A stretch of DNA of 64,000 nucleotides, taken from assembly GCA_048885865.1 (NCBI GenBank), contig JBHLLF010000004.1:64001-128000 (forward strand), given 5' to 3'. The first letter of the stretch is position 1, and each line of letters starts with the position of its first letter. Shown here in pieces: positions 10,336-19,820 of the stretch. A model generated the notes under the pieces. That model was not told the DNA's origin and made no database searches. It worked only from the letters and a program-made list of their open reading frames with translations. The DNA comes from Candidatus Hermodarchaeota archaeon. GTDB lineage: Archaea; Asgardarchaeota; Thorarchaeia; Thorarchaeales; Thorarchaeaceae. Made by a program: the position numbers and the translations under genes.

Positions 10336-11103
10336 TTAGACTGGCTGAGAATCACTCCATAGGGATTCAAAGTAGGCTGATGCCATCGCTGCGAATACGG
10401 GTGCTGAAGAATAGATTCCCAAAAACTCCCCTTCAGTGTCACTTGCCGCTAGCATAATCAGTGTCTGCCTGTTGTCGATGACTAATCCAGCACCAAACAC
10501 TCTATCACGCGTGCGGACCTCAAAGCCACTAGGGATGATTGACTTGAGAGACGACTCAACTCCAGATGTGAGGACTCGCACACGACTTGCTTTCACATAA
10601 AGTACCTTGTCAATTACAGGGGAAATATCCTCAGCCTCTAAGGCGAGGGTTGGAACTGACAACAGGACTGAGTCCCGGGATGAATCGAGCATTTCTAATG
10701 CCTTGGCTAGAATTGACGCCCTTCCATGCAATAGCCACACATCTCTGGTGGTGGCAGTCGTTTCCTGTTCAAAGAGGGGTTGGAGTTCATCTATTACCTG
10801 CTTGCTTGCCAGGTCTATTCTATGTTCTATATCTAGTCGCACAAGTTGAACAATCTCAGTCGGGGACTTTGCTGTGTAGAGCGTTGGCCTTCCTTTACTG
10901 ACAGTTATGAAGCCCTTCTCTTCGAGTCGCCCAAGCACATCATATATTCTTGAATAGGGCACCTGAGACCTGGAACTGATATCAGATGCAGCCATCTGCG
11001 GACCACCCGAAATCATAGACAGATAGGCATTGGTTTCATACTCTGTGAGACCCAGCTCCTTCAGTGCCTTCAGAGTTGCGTCACTGACCGACATTATCAC
11101 CAC
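10336..11103 (-). CDS. TrmB family transcriptional regulator
   Basis: LGLTEYETNAY, VPYSRIYDVLGRLEEKG, PLD-like C-terminal domain. Confidence 0.92.
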   Translation of the reverse strand: MVIMSVSDATLKALKELGLTEYETNAYLSMISGGPQMAASDISSRSQVPYSRIYDVLGRLEEKGFITVSKGRPTLYTAKSPTEIVQLVRLDIEHRIDLASKQVIDELQPLFEQETTATTRDVWLLHGRASILAKALEMLDSSRDSVLLSVPTLALEAEDISPVIDKVLYVKASRVRVLTSGVESSLKSIIPSGFEVRTRDRVFGAGLVIDNRQTLIMLAASDTEGEFLGIYSSAPVFAAMASAYFESLWSDSQPV

Positions 11104-11147
11104 TGTGAGTGGTAAAATAGCATGACCTATTAAGTGATTCCGACCCG

Positions 11148-11711
11148 CTAATACTTCTCAACGTACCATTCAAGGAACTTTCGAAAGGCTTCAGTTCGAT
11201 GAGATATCTTGATCTTCTCATCCATGGATAGCTGAGCATAGGTCTTGGTTTCGCCTTCGGGGATGAATATTGGATCGTAGCCAAATCCTTTGTCACCAGC
11301 AGGAGCAGTCGTGATATCTCCATAGACAGAGCCGACAAAGTATCTGAAGACCCAACCATTTGCAAAACCGACTGCAGTGTCAAAACTCGCGTCCCTATTC
11401 TCTACACCCTCCATCAGTTTCAGAACGCCCTCAATGCCAATTGTTTCCAATACGTAGGCAGCAGTTGGACCTGGAAATCCATTGAGTGCTTCAATATAGA
11501 GACCAGTATCATCCACAGCAACTGGGCGCTTGAGTTTGGAGTATGCATATTTGGCTGCATCCATCGCAACGTTCCCTACGCTGTTTGATCGAACCTCATA
11601 TTTGGCCAAGTCAGTTGTTTCAAAGGGAACATCATATTCTTCGAACAGTGGTGTGAGTTCGCGTATCTTATGTTCATTCTGCGTCACTAAGACTATACTA
11701 TCCCTTGACAT
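11148..11711 (-). CDS. rdgB: dITP/XTP pyrophosphatase (Ham1/RdgB)
   Basis: TQNEHK, DDTGL, GFPG, GFGYDPIF, SHR. Confidence 0.96.
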   Translation of the reverse strand: MSRDSIVLVTQNEHKIRELTPLFEEYDVPFETTDLAKYEVRSNSVGNVAMDAAKYAYSKLKRPVAVDDTGLYIEALNGFPGPTAAYVLETIGIEGVLKLMEGVENRDASFDTAVGFANGWVFRYFVGSVYGDITTAPAGDKGFGYDPIFIPEGETKTYAQLSMDEKIKISHRTEAFRKFLEWYVEKY

Positions 11712-12822
11712 ATTCCAATATCTCCTTCAACACCTTGTACGAACTTCGAACACGCTCAAGATCGAACATGCCGGTGAGGTTCCAAAGAATGATATGATTC
11801 ATTCCAGCCCGCGTATACTCCTCGAGCTTCTTGATTATTGTTTCTGCATTTCCAGCTATGTAGAACCAATCGAGGACTTCCTTCGGGACCTGTTCAATAG
11901 CTTGCATCGTTTCCTCTCTGTTGTATCGCATTGGAATGTAATCGGTGACTGCGTTGAAGTCATCTCCGAAAGGATGATCATATCCCAATCGTTTCCACCC
12001 TTCTAAGGGCATTGTCAGCGCAAATGCCTTCGCGATTGGATTCTGCTTCAGTTCTTCGATAGCGGAAGAATCCTCATCTAGGATACACCAGTTCCAGAGT
12101 GCGGCTGTAAAGGGTCCGTTCTTATCGAGTTTCTTTCTGTGGCTGTTAATCTCGTTGAGCCTCTTGCCATACTCCTGGGGAGGCAGGACTGCGGGTATCC
12201 ATCCGTCACCAAACTCAGCAGTAATCTTGAGCATCTTGGGTCCATGACCTGCAATCCAGATTGGAGGAGGACGGTTAGGGTCAAGGGGACGGAGTGACAT
12301 CACCGCATTCTTCATCTTCCAGAACTTTCCATCGAAATCGAACGGGTCAGGGGTTTCCCATACCCTTCTGATGATCTTAAGCGCTTCTCTGAGCTTGCCA
12401 ACCTGGCCTGAATATCGAAGTCCGTACGGCTCGATGTTCTCGATTTCACCAGCACCTATGCCCAAAATGGCCCTGCCATTACTGATGTGGTCCAAGGTCA
12501 GGAATGCCTGTGCCAGGAGCATCGGATGTCTTCGAATTGGCTCAGTGACAGAAGATAACAGTTTGACATTCTCTGTGGCTGTTGCACAGGCAGCCATGAT
12601 AGTGAATAGTTCATAGAACGTATGAGGCGACTTCTGTAGGAACGATAGAGGCGTCACATCTCCAGTCCAAATGCTCTCCGGAACGAATCCTGCAAAATGG
12701 TCGGGAAAAGCCATGCTAGCATATCCCAACGAATCTATTGTCTTGGCATTTCTTACCACATTCTCATAGGGCGGGAGGAATGGTCCTGGTGCCCCAATCT
12801 CCAAGTCGTGTATGTCTGTCAT
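11698..12822 (-). CDS. LLM-class flavin (probably F420)-dependent oxidoreductase
   Basis: PDH, TLDHISNGRAILGIGAGE, PPIWIAGHGP, FGDGW. Confidence 0.9.
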   Translation of the reverse strand: MTDIHDLEIGAPGPFLPPYENVVRNAKTIDSLGYASMAFPDHFAGFVPESIWTGDVTPLSFLQKSPHTFYELFTIMAACATATENVKLLSSVTEPIRRHPMLLAQAFLTLDHISNGRAILGIGAGEIENIEPYGLRYSGQVGKLREALKIIRRVWETPDPFDFDGKFWKMKNAVMSLRPLDPNRPPPIWIAGHGPKMLKITAEFGDGWIPAVLPPQEYGKRLNEINSHRKKLDKNGPFTAALWNWCILDEDSSAIEELKQNPIAKAFALTMPLEGWKRLGYDHPFGDDFNAVTDYIPMRYNREETMQAIEQVPKEVLDWFYIAGNAETIIKKLEEYTRAGMNHIILWNLTGMFDLERVRSSYKVLKEILEYVKG

Positions 12823-14004
12823 CTAATCACCTCTTTCAGCAAAAGCGATGAGTGCATCTTTCACACTCTCATAGTCAGAAAGGTGCATGAACTCATCAAG
12901 CCCATGGTAGTTGTTGTCATCTCGTAGCGTCCCAAAGCAAGCTGTTGGAATACCGACCTCCGTAAAGAAATGACCGTCATTGCCACCTAGATCAGCCGCA
13001 ATTGGAATATCAGGGCCTACTGCCTCTTTCACGGCTTTATGAAACCTTTGGATGAATTCATTCTCTGGATCTGAACTCCATCCATGAACATTCATCTTGA
13101 ACTCGATACTGGCCTCTACTCCGGTCTCTTCCTTTGCCTTCTCTAGAAACTCCTCGATGCTCTTCTTGACCTCATCAGGGTCTTCTTCAGGGACCAATCT
13201 GCAATCGAATGTTATCTCAGCCTTTCCGGGTATCACGTTTGATTTGCTGCCCGATTCAAACATTGTCATCGAGAACCGTCCCCAGAGGTTCTGATGGGGT
13301 GTGCCTGGAGGCGCAGGTAGTTGCGATTCAACTTTTCGTCGTACATCTACATAATCCAGCATTACAGTGAGCAAGGGTATAGAAAGGTGAATTGCATTGG
13401 CATATGCAAATGGATAGCCAGCATGACCCTGGCTACCACGAACGGTAATTGTACCTGAAACTATTCCACTGGCGCCAATGCTGACATACTCTGGGCCCGA
13501 GTCAACAACTATTCCAAAATCACCCCTAATCTTTGGCTTGTCATTGATCAGGTAATCTATGCCCCATGCGCCTCCAATCTCTTCATTTGGAGAGATAAGT
13601 ATCTTCCAGTTGATCTTCGATGTCCCCTTCGTAATCAGTTCTTTTGCAGCACTGACGCATGCAACGATGTTCCCCTTATTGTCAGACACTCCACGACCAA
13701 AGGCCTTCCCGTTCTCGATTGCAAACTTGAAGGGAGGCCTCTTCCAAGCCTCTATATCCCCTGCTGGGACCACATCATAGTGCGTGCATAAAAGCGCAGT
13801 TTTCTTTGCACCTGCGTCAAGTGTCGCCACAATATTCGGCTGAGACACCCCATCATGATTGGAATCAAATACTTCCACATCTAGGCCAGCCTCTTCACAA
13901 TACTTCTTCACAACTTGGGCACATTCTGAGTAGTTCCTCTTCTCGTCGCTATTGGTGTCCAGTTCCACTAGCTCCCGCAGAAAGCTCGCTTCCCACTTAT
14001 CCAT
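12823..14004 (-). CDS. M20/DapE/ArgE family metallopeptidase
   Basis: HYDVVP, GRGVSDNKG, NEEIG, GHA, SNVIP, HGLDE. Confidence 0.92.
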   Translation of the reverse strand: MDKWEASFLRELVELDTNSDEKRNYSECAQVVKKYCEEAGLDVEVFDSNHDGVSQPNIVATLDAGAKKTALLCTHYDVVPAGDIEAWKRPPFKFAIENGKAFGRGVSDNKGNIVACVSAAKELITKGTSKINWKILISPNEEIGGAWGIDYLINDKPKIRGDFGIVVDSGPEYVSIGASGIVSGTITVRGSQGHAGYPFAYANAIHLSIPLLTVMLDYVDVRRKVESQLPAPPGTPHQNLWGRFSMTMFESGSKSNVIPGKAEITFDCRLVPEEDPDEVKKSIEEFLEKAKEETGVEASIEFKMNVHGWSSDPENEFIQRFHKAVKEAVGPDIPIAADLGGNDGHFFTEVGIPTACFGTLRDDNNYHGLDEFMHLSDYESVKDALIAFAERGD

Positions 14005-14061
14005 TTGACTTCGGTCTCCGGGTGGCAATTGGATAGAAGACTGATAGATTAGTATTCCGTA

Positions 14062-14865
14062 TTACTTCTGACAGGTCTGACAATAGTTCGTCTTGAACCG
14101 GTTGGCGGTGATCTCAGACACTCGACCTCCGCAGAGTGGACAAATTCCCCCACCCCTATTATGGATCATGAGGAAGTCTCGTTTCTCTGTACCTAGTTCA
14201 CTGAGGCTTCTGTTGGAAATGATCTCAAGGACTCTTGCAAGGACCGTTCTCATTGACTCAAACAGTTTCAAAACCTCCTCATCACTCAAACTCGAACGCT
14301 TTCTGAAGGGAAGAATCCCTGCATAGAGCAATATCTCATCCGCGTACGCATTCCCTATGCCCTTCACAAATCTCTGATTTCGTAGGACGTTCTTGATCTG
14401 TCCTCTATGTCGGCGAAGACGTTCTTTGAATACTCTGAGAGTGAGTGATGGGTCCAATGCTGAAGGTCCTCGTCCAGAGAACCCAGCTATATTTGAGTAG
14501 TCACCTCTTGCCACCAGGTAAGCACGACCCATTCGCTTTCGGTCATAGTACCATAGAGTACCAGTGTTGGTTGTCACTGAGAACATGTCAGTCTTTGTAG
14601 GAATGCGAGGCTTCTCAAGTAGACGAAACCGGCCTGTTAGCATTGGATTTACAACAAGATCATGTTCGTCCAGTTCCATTATGATGAACTTGCCATCAGG
14701 TCTAAATGACCGAAAAGATTCACCTACTGAGCTGGCCTCAAATTCACCAGCGGTCAGACCATGAATGACTATGTGGTCGTGTACTTTCACGCTCTGAACT
14801 TTGGAGCCAGTGATTCGCTCAGCGAGTCTGTTTGCGATTACTTCAAGCTCAGGTAGTTCAGGCAT
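14062..14865 (-). CDS. mutM: Fpg/Nei family DNA glycosylase/AP lyase
   Basis: N-terminal PELPE, GK, H2TH motif GIGNAYADEIL, C-terminal CPLC..CQTCQ zinc finger. Confidence 0.9.
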   Translation of the reverse strand: MPELPELEVIANRLAERITGSKVQSVKVHDHIVIHGLTAGEFEASSVGESFRSFRPDGKFIIMELDEHDLVVNPMLTGRFRLLEKPRIPTKTDMFSVTTNTGTLWYYDRKRMGRAYLVARGDYSNIAGFSGRGPSALDPSLTLRVFKERLRRHRGQIKNVLRNQRFVKGIGNAYADEILLYAGILPFRKRSSLSDEEVLKLFESMRTVLARVLEIISNRSLSELGTEKRDFLMIHNRGGGICPLCGGRVSEITANRFKTNYCQTCQK

Positions 14866-15020
14866 TTTTGACACCAGAGTCAGACAATTCGTTTCAGGTG
14901 TCAATACTCTCTGATATAAACGTCAGCTACAGAGGTCAGGACATTGTCTTTGTGATTCCACCTACACAGGAAGGGGGATAAGCGATAGAGGTGTATCATA
15001 GGCGTCGTGGTGTTGTTTTC

Positions 15021-15656
15021 ATGGAGTCGAAGGGAACTGCTGCATTGATATTGATAGTAACTGTAGCTGGTCTTTTCCTGGCATATCCGCTGCTTATCGG
15101 CTTGGGAAATGGAAGAAGCACAAGTGAAACTGGTATCGTGTACATCTCTGTGATTGGGAATACCACGGACATAGTCTATCCTGAGCTAGGTCAAGCTAAG
15201 TTCATACCTGAAAGTATTGGCGGCTGGTCTATTGATGTGGAGATGGTTAATGACTCCGAAGGGTTTGAAAATGTCAGTGTCCATCAAATTTCATTCACTG
15301 CCAGCAATGAAGAAATCAATCAGATTCGCAGTGCCCTGTTTCTTGCCCTAAATGGGTCCCTCGTTTCTGAGAGAACCACCTATGACCTCCTGAATGCCAA
15401 TGTTTCAATCGGATTCCTAGTGGACATGATATTTGACGACAATACGTGGATTCATGTATACACCTTTCAGGGACAGACAGAGTTTCTGCTTTTGAATGGG
15501 TCTTATACAGGCACCTTCGACTATCAAACAGAGTTCCCGACTTGGAACATTAACAGAGATACAAACATGCTCAATGGAATTTGCTTGGAATCGATAGATG
15601 TTCTAGATTCTTTTGTCGATACCCTTCATGCATTCTTTACTAGTCACTTGGGATGA
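15021..15656 (+). CDS. Membrane-anchored or secreted hypothetical protein
   Basis: N-terminal hydrophobic helix; acidic ectodomain with several NxS/T sequons. Confidence 0.7.
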   Translation: MESKGTAALILIVTVAGLFLAYPLLIGLGNGRSTSETGIVYISVIGNTTDIVYPELGQAKFIPESIGGWSIDVEMVNDSEGFENVSVHQISFTASNEEINQIRSALFLALNGSLVSERTTYDLLNANVSIGFLVDMIFDDNTWIHVYTFQGQTEFLLLNGSYTGTFDYQTEFPTWNINRDTNMLNGICLESIDVLDSFVDTLHAFFTSHLG

Positions 15657-15789
15657 GTGATAGATGGGCTGAGTCAACATTTGATTTGTACAGCATAGCT
15701 CTTTCTATGCTCCTATCGTCTATTTTATCTTGAAACCATTAGGCCGCCCGTTCATTCAAACGGATGCGAAGACTTGGTAGTGACAAGGA

Positions 15790-16254
15790 ATGGAAAGCGA
15801 AGATGCAATGAACTCGAATCATAGACGATTCAGCAAGATATCACAGTGGACCTTCTTGACCTTATCATTGATAGCCCTGCAGCTAATTGCTGGTGGCCCT
15901 TTCATGCCACACACAGCTGCAATCGCGGCACTGATTGCCGCATTGGTTAGCATGGTATTGATGGTCATACTTCGCTTCATAGAAGAGATACTCTCCTTAT
16001 TATCGATGGGTGGCATGGTACTGGGAGCCCTCTTCATTCTCGGATTCCTCTATGGCGGCTTTATGATTGTGATTCTAGGCGCCATTGTGGTTCTAGGCGG
16101 TGGCCGTTGGGTTGGAATTCTCGTGCCTGACATCGTTCTGTTCTCAGGCCAGTACTGGATTCTGATATTGGCCATTGTATTTGAAATTGGCATGGCGATA
16201 TGGAATCTGGATTTCGTCACCAAGATCATAGGCATGCTTCATATAACGCGCTGA
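15790..16254 (+). CDS. Hypothetical membrane protein
   Basis: 4-5 hydrophobic helices. Confidence 0.65.
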   Translation: MESEDAMNSNHRRFSKISQWTFLTLSLIALQLIAGGPFMPHTAAIAALIAALVSMVLMVILRFIEEILSLLSMGGMVLGALFILGFLYGGFMIVILGAIVVLGGGRWVGILVPDIVLFSGQYWILILAIVFEIGMAIWNLDFVTKIIGMLHITR

Positions 16255-16314
16255 AACACTCCAAATCATACTAGATATCTCCGGCGACGTGCGTGAAAAC
16301 CACACCAGACTGTG

Positions 16315-16974
16315 TCACGAGGGCATTCGCGACTCTCCGTGAAAGATGTAAGCTGCTAGGATTCCAAGTATGATATTCAAAGAATAGTGAATTACAATGA
16401 TCAAGATTAGCCAAGGATTGTATAGGGAAATGAAGTTGACGAATTGCATTGTGAAAAAGATGGTGTTCCATCCTATGAGCAGAAGAGCATAGATTCGGAC
16501 TGCTCTGGGATTGAATAACTGTTCGTGAACCTTGTGCAACCCAATTCCAACCAAAATTGAGTTGAATACAATAATGTATAGAGCTGGGAAGTGCATCAAT
16601 GCATATGCTGGGACATTGAACCATGCTATCAGCACGGCGATCCCATAGATTGACAGGACGAAAGGAAGTGTCATTATACCAGCGGCTATTCTGAGATATC
16701 CCTGATGGTATTTATTGGATAGACCGTAGTATCCTCCCGCGAGGAGTGGTGCGCTGAATGGGATGAAGAGTCCATATATGAATGAAAAGTGGAACATGTA
16801 ACCGTTCACGTCCAAGTATCCAAGCGGCAGAGTCAAGAGATAGTACGTTAATGCTGCGAGGTAGCTAATGCTGGCAACGACACTCCCCACCATCCCAGAG
16901 TATAGGAACTTCTTTTGTTCAGTGGGACTATTCGGATGAGAGGAAGCCTCGTCCTCTCCAATACCCCCGCTCAT
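16315..16974 (-). CDS. Hypothetical multi-pass membrane protein
   Basis: About 6 TM helices; GGAGG SD before ATG 16974. Confidence 0.7.
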   Translation of the reverse strand: MSGGIGEDEASSHPNSPTEQKKFLYSGMVGSVVASISYLAALTYYLLTLPLGYLDVNGYMFHFSFIYGLFIPFSAPLLAGGYYGLSNKYHQGYLRIAAGIMTLPFVLSIYGIAVLIAWFNVPAYALMHFPALYIIVFNSILVGIGLHKVHEQLFNPRAVRIYALLLIGWNTIFFTMQFVNFISLYNPWLILIIVIHYSLNIILGILAAYIFHGESRMPS

Positions 16975-17237
16975 GACTTGGTTTCCTCCACCTGTCAGCA
17001 AATTATGCGCAGTAGTCTGTGTGAAAATGATGTTCGTGCTTTTGCATCTTTCGGAGATAGGACAGACATCGCCCAAGTGATGCCAAGGAGTCGTTGTTCA
17101 AGCGGCTTAGAAAATCCGAACCGCCTGAATACGCCAGACGAGGGCTTAGATTCAGAGGCTCCAAAGATTTTAGGAAATGCGAGGGGTGTCTCAAGACTTA
17201 TAGCCTATTGAAACATGTTCCTATTGGTGCCTGATAT

Positions 17238-17519
17238 ATGGGTAAGTTCGAGAAGACTCTTTTCGATTCTGTCAACTCCAGCATAAGGGAACATGAACTG
17301 GTGGAGATTGTCAGAGAGGAGCCTAGAATCGTGGTGGTCTATACTACGGCTTCTGCGTCTCTTGATTCTCTCAATGAGATAGAGGACCGAATTTCAAAAC
17401 GGTTTCAGGAATACTCCGATGCCAAACTCCTATTCAAGAACATCGTCGTTGCTCCGCATTCTCATGATAGAGTGGCAGTGAAGGTTGAGATTCGTGCGTC
17501 AGCAGGTCCAGCGTTCTAA
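17238..17519 (+). CDS. Hypothetical protein
   Basis: Globular alpha/beta composition; TATA-like CTTATAG about 35 nt upstream. Confidence 0.65.
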   Translation: MGKFEKTLFDSVNSSIREHELVEIVREEPRIVVVYTTASASLDSLNEIEDRISKRFQEYSDAKLLFKNIVVAPHSHDRVAVKVEIRASAGPAF

Positions 17520-17719
17520 GACCTTTCTGTTCTGAAGTGTTCTTGCGTAGCGAGTCAACATCCCCCAGTATAGTTTCCCGAACACTGCTCCTGAGATAGT
17601 TCCTCAGCTCATCCATCGACTTACTCTCAAGATTCAATATTCAAGTGGCCAAGAGAAACCGAATCTTTGTGAATATGTCTGACGTTAATTTAAGGCTAGA
17701 ATAGATCATCAATTTCGAC

Positions 17720-18310
17720 ATGGAGCCAACAGTTTTCCACATTCAGAAAGGCCGCCTGGTGAGAATGAAAGACCCAGGCGCATTTGGGAGAGGTGACTGC
17801 TATCTCGTTGATGCAGGTCCCAAAATCTATCTCTGGATAGGTCCCAACTCCTCAGTTGATGAGAAGTTCCTCACTGCAGCATCGGCAGTCTTCAAGGACA
17901 CCGAAAGAAAAGGTCATGCTGACATTGATCGGATTGATGGAGGTCAAGAACCTGACGAGTTCAAGGCACTCTTTGATGACTTCCAGCTGACTGATGAAGA
18001 TACAGAAGGCATCCTGAAGAAAGTGCAACTGGAAACCCATGAACACAGACTATGGAGAGTCCATCGTGAAGGAGATGAAACATATTTCGCTGAGGTCCCT
18101 GTGACCCGAGATTCGTTAAGGAGCGATGATGTATTCCTCCTAGATGCATGGGATGACATCTATGTCTGGCGAGGGTCGGATGCTAGTGCCAGAGAGAAGT
18201 TCGATGGTACAATTCTCGCTAGGCAATACGATGCGGAAAGAGTGGGAGTTCAAGAGATAGAACTCATTGAGGAAGGAAGTGAACCAGACGATTTCTGGAG
18301 GTCCTTCTGA
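17720..18310 (+). CDS. Two-domain gelsolin-like actin regulator (Asgard 2DGel type)
   Basis: Two gelsolin repeats (GDCYLVD..IYLWIG..S..EK..GQEP..F; DDVFLLD..IYVWRG..AS..EK..EGSEP..FW) joined by a GILKKV linker. Confidence 0.92.
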   Translation: MEPTVFHIQKGRLVRMKDPGAFGRGDCYLVDAGPKIYLWIGPNSSVDEKFLTAASAVFKDTERKGHADIDRIDGGQEPDEFKALFDDFQLTDEDTEGILKKVQLETHEHRLWRVHREGDETYFAEVPVTRDSLRSDDVFLLDAWDDIYVWRGSDASAREKFDGTILARQYDAERVGVQEIELIEEGSEPDDFWRSF

Positions 18311-18321
18311 CCATATGGCCT

Positions 18322-19761
18322 TTACACCAGCCTATAATGACCGACTCGGGGTTCGTAGAGAACCCCGCTATCTTTCATCTTCTCTAGTGCTTCAGCTGCA
18401 ACATGTCGTTCTACACCAGCCTCTGCAGCAATCTCGTCCAATGTAGGACCAAGGAATCCACTTGCGCCAGTGTCCAGCTTCTTCAAAGCGCGAAGTACCT
18501 TAGTGTTGAACCTGTGAATTGGTCGATCCTTGCCCCAATCTCGTTCAGTCTCACTCTTGAGTTGAGTGAGTTCCATGAATTCCTTCAACGCGGGCTCGAG
18601 CACTCTGTCCCACGATCGTTTGATATCTGCAGTTGCTATCTTATCTTTCCAATATGCCCTTGCTGTAGAACGGGCAAGTCGTATTGCTCCAAGGGGCCTT
18701 CCATAAGCATCTGCATCCAAGATATGGCCTCTAGCAAATGCAGAGTCGTCAAGCCCAAAGCTCTCCTTTAGACCTTCTAGCTTGGACAGGATGTGCCTTG
18801 TGCTAGACTCAATACTCCGCTTTGATATCGCAGGGGTCATCATTTGAAAAGTAATTGCTGACTTTAGTATCGGGAGCCTGAGATGGGATGGGTTTGTGGT
18901 TTCAATCCAGAAGTCCTCTGATGCCAAAGCAATCGGCACATCAGGCAAGGCCGCGGTTTCTTGAGTTGTGAGGGCGCCCAAGGAAACCTCCCTAAAACCA
19001 GATCTATCTTGCCGACTCACACAAAGCTCTTCCATTCCCTTTTTGCCAGGATGCCCAATGTCCAGTCTCCATATCCGGGGAGTGGACACCCTGATGCCAC
19101 TCACGTTCCGAGTTTCAGCCCACTTTCCGCGAAAGGTAGCGGGCAAGATTTGACTCATGAACCTCATTAGTCGTTGAACCTGGCGTTTGGACGCTATTGC
19201 TTGAATTCCTGCGGTAAGACCTCCGATACTCTCCTGAAAGGGAGGGCTTGATACAAATAGACGAGCGAACACCTGCTTGCTCGCTTCAGCCATACCGACA
19301 TTTTCAAACAAGAGACGAGAGAGACCCGTGAGATTCATAGGCGGATGTATGTCTGCTAGATAATCTTCTGTCGATTGCTCAAAGAAGTCTGCCAATATTG
19401 CGGCTGGAGAAGGCTTGCTATGTTCCAGGTAGTCTGGAAAAGCAATCCGTTTACCTGTGACCTCAATCCTTGCACCTTCATCAGGGGGTTCAACATCATC
19501 AGGCAGTTGGACGAAAATACCTTCAACTAGCCATGGACTTGGGGTCAGAAGAATGCGATACTTATCAGAGGTGTATCGAACAAACCCATGATAGTGATAT
19601 CTAGCTCCGGATAATCGATGCGTGAACTGCTGTTGCAGCTCAAGCTCCCATTTAGCCAGCTCAGAACCAAATTGTCGGTTGAAGACATCACTCGCTGCAC
19701 TCACATCTGACAGCCTATCTTCTGATTTGCCAAGAAGGTTGTAGATGTCTTCAACGCTCAT
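18322..19761 (-). CDS. Divergent, probably inactive MCM-like protein (OB + degenerate AAA+ + C-terminal wHTH)
   Basis: LPDDVEPPDEGARIEVTG (MCM OB), RPLGAIRLARSTARA (sensor-2 helix), GVLYEPRVGHYRLV (archaeal MCM wHTH); no Walker A/B. Confidence 0.7.
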   Translation of the reverse strand: MSVEDIYNLLGKSEDRLSDVSAASDVFNRQFGSELAKWELELQQQFTHRLSGARYHYHGFVRYTSDKYRILLTPSPWLVEGIFVQLPDDVEPPDEGARIEVTGKRIAFPDYLEHSKPSPAAILADFFEQSTEDYLADIHPPMNLTGLSRLLFENVGMAEASKQVFARLFVSSPPFQESIGGLTAGIQAIASKRQVQRLMRFMSQILPATFRGKWAETRNVSGIRVSTPRIWRLDIGHPGKKGMEELCVSRQDRSGFREVSLGALTTQETAALPDVPIALASEDFWIETTNPSHLRLPILKSAITFQMMTPAISKRSIESSTRHILSKLEGLKESFGLDDSAFARGHILDADAYGRPLGAIRLARSTARAYWKDKIATADIKRSWDRVLEPALKEFMELTQLKSETERDWGKDRPIHRFNTKVLRALKKLDTGASGFLGPTLDEIAAEAGVERHVAAEALEKMKDSGVLYEPRVGHYRLV

Positions 19762-19820
19762 TGCCTGGCCTCCAAGCTATTCATCTGTTATCGTTCACAT
19801 TCGTAATCATGTGCAACGAT

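Noticed and set aside
17095-17150. CGGCTTA/GGGCTTA resembling the RNase P RNA 3' conserved region
   Set aside because: No GAGGAAAGUCC partner or ACAGAA context; the SRP helix-8 motif is also absent
17434-17637. 67-aa - strand ORF with a helical-looking N-terminus
   Set aside because: Overlaps the convergent gene by 86 nt with no recognisable motif; not supportable, though not excluded
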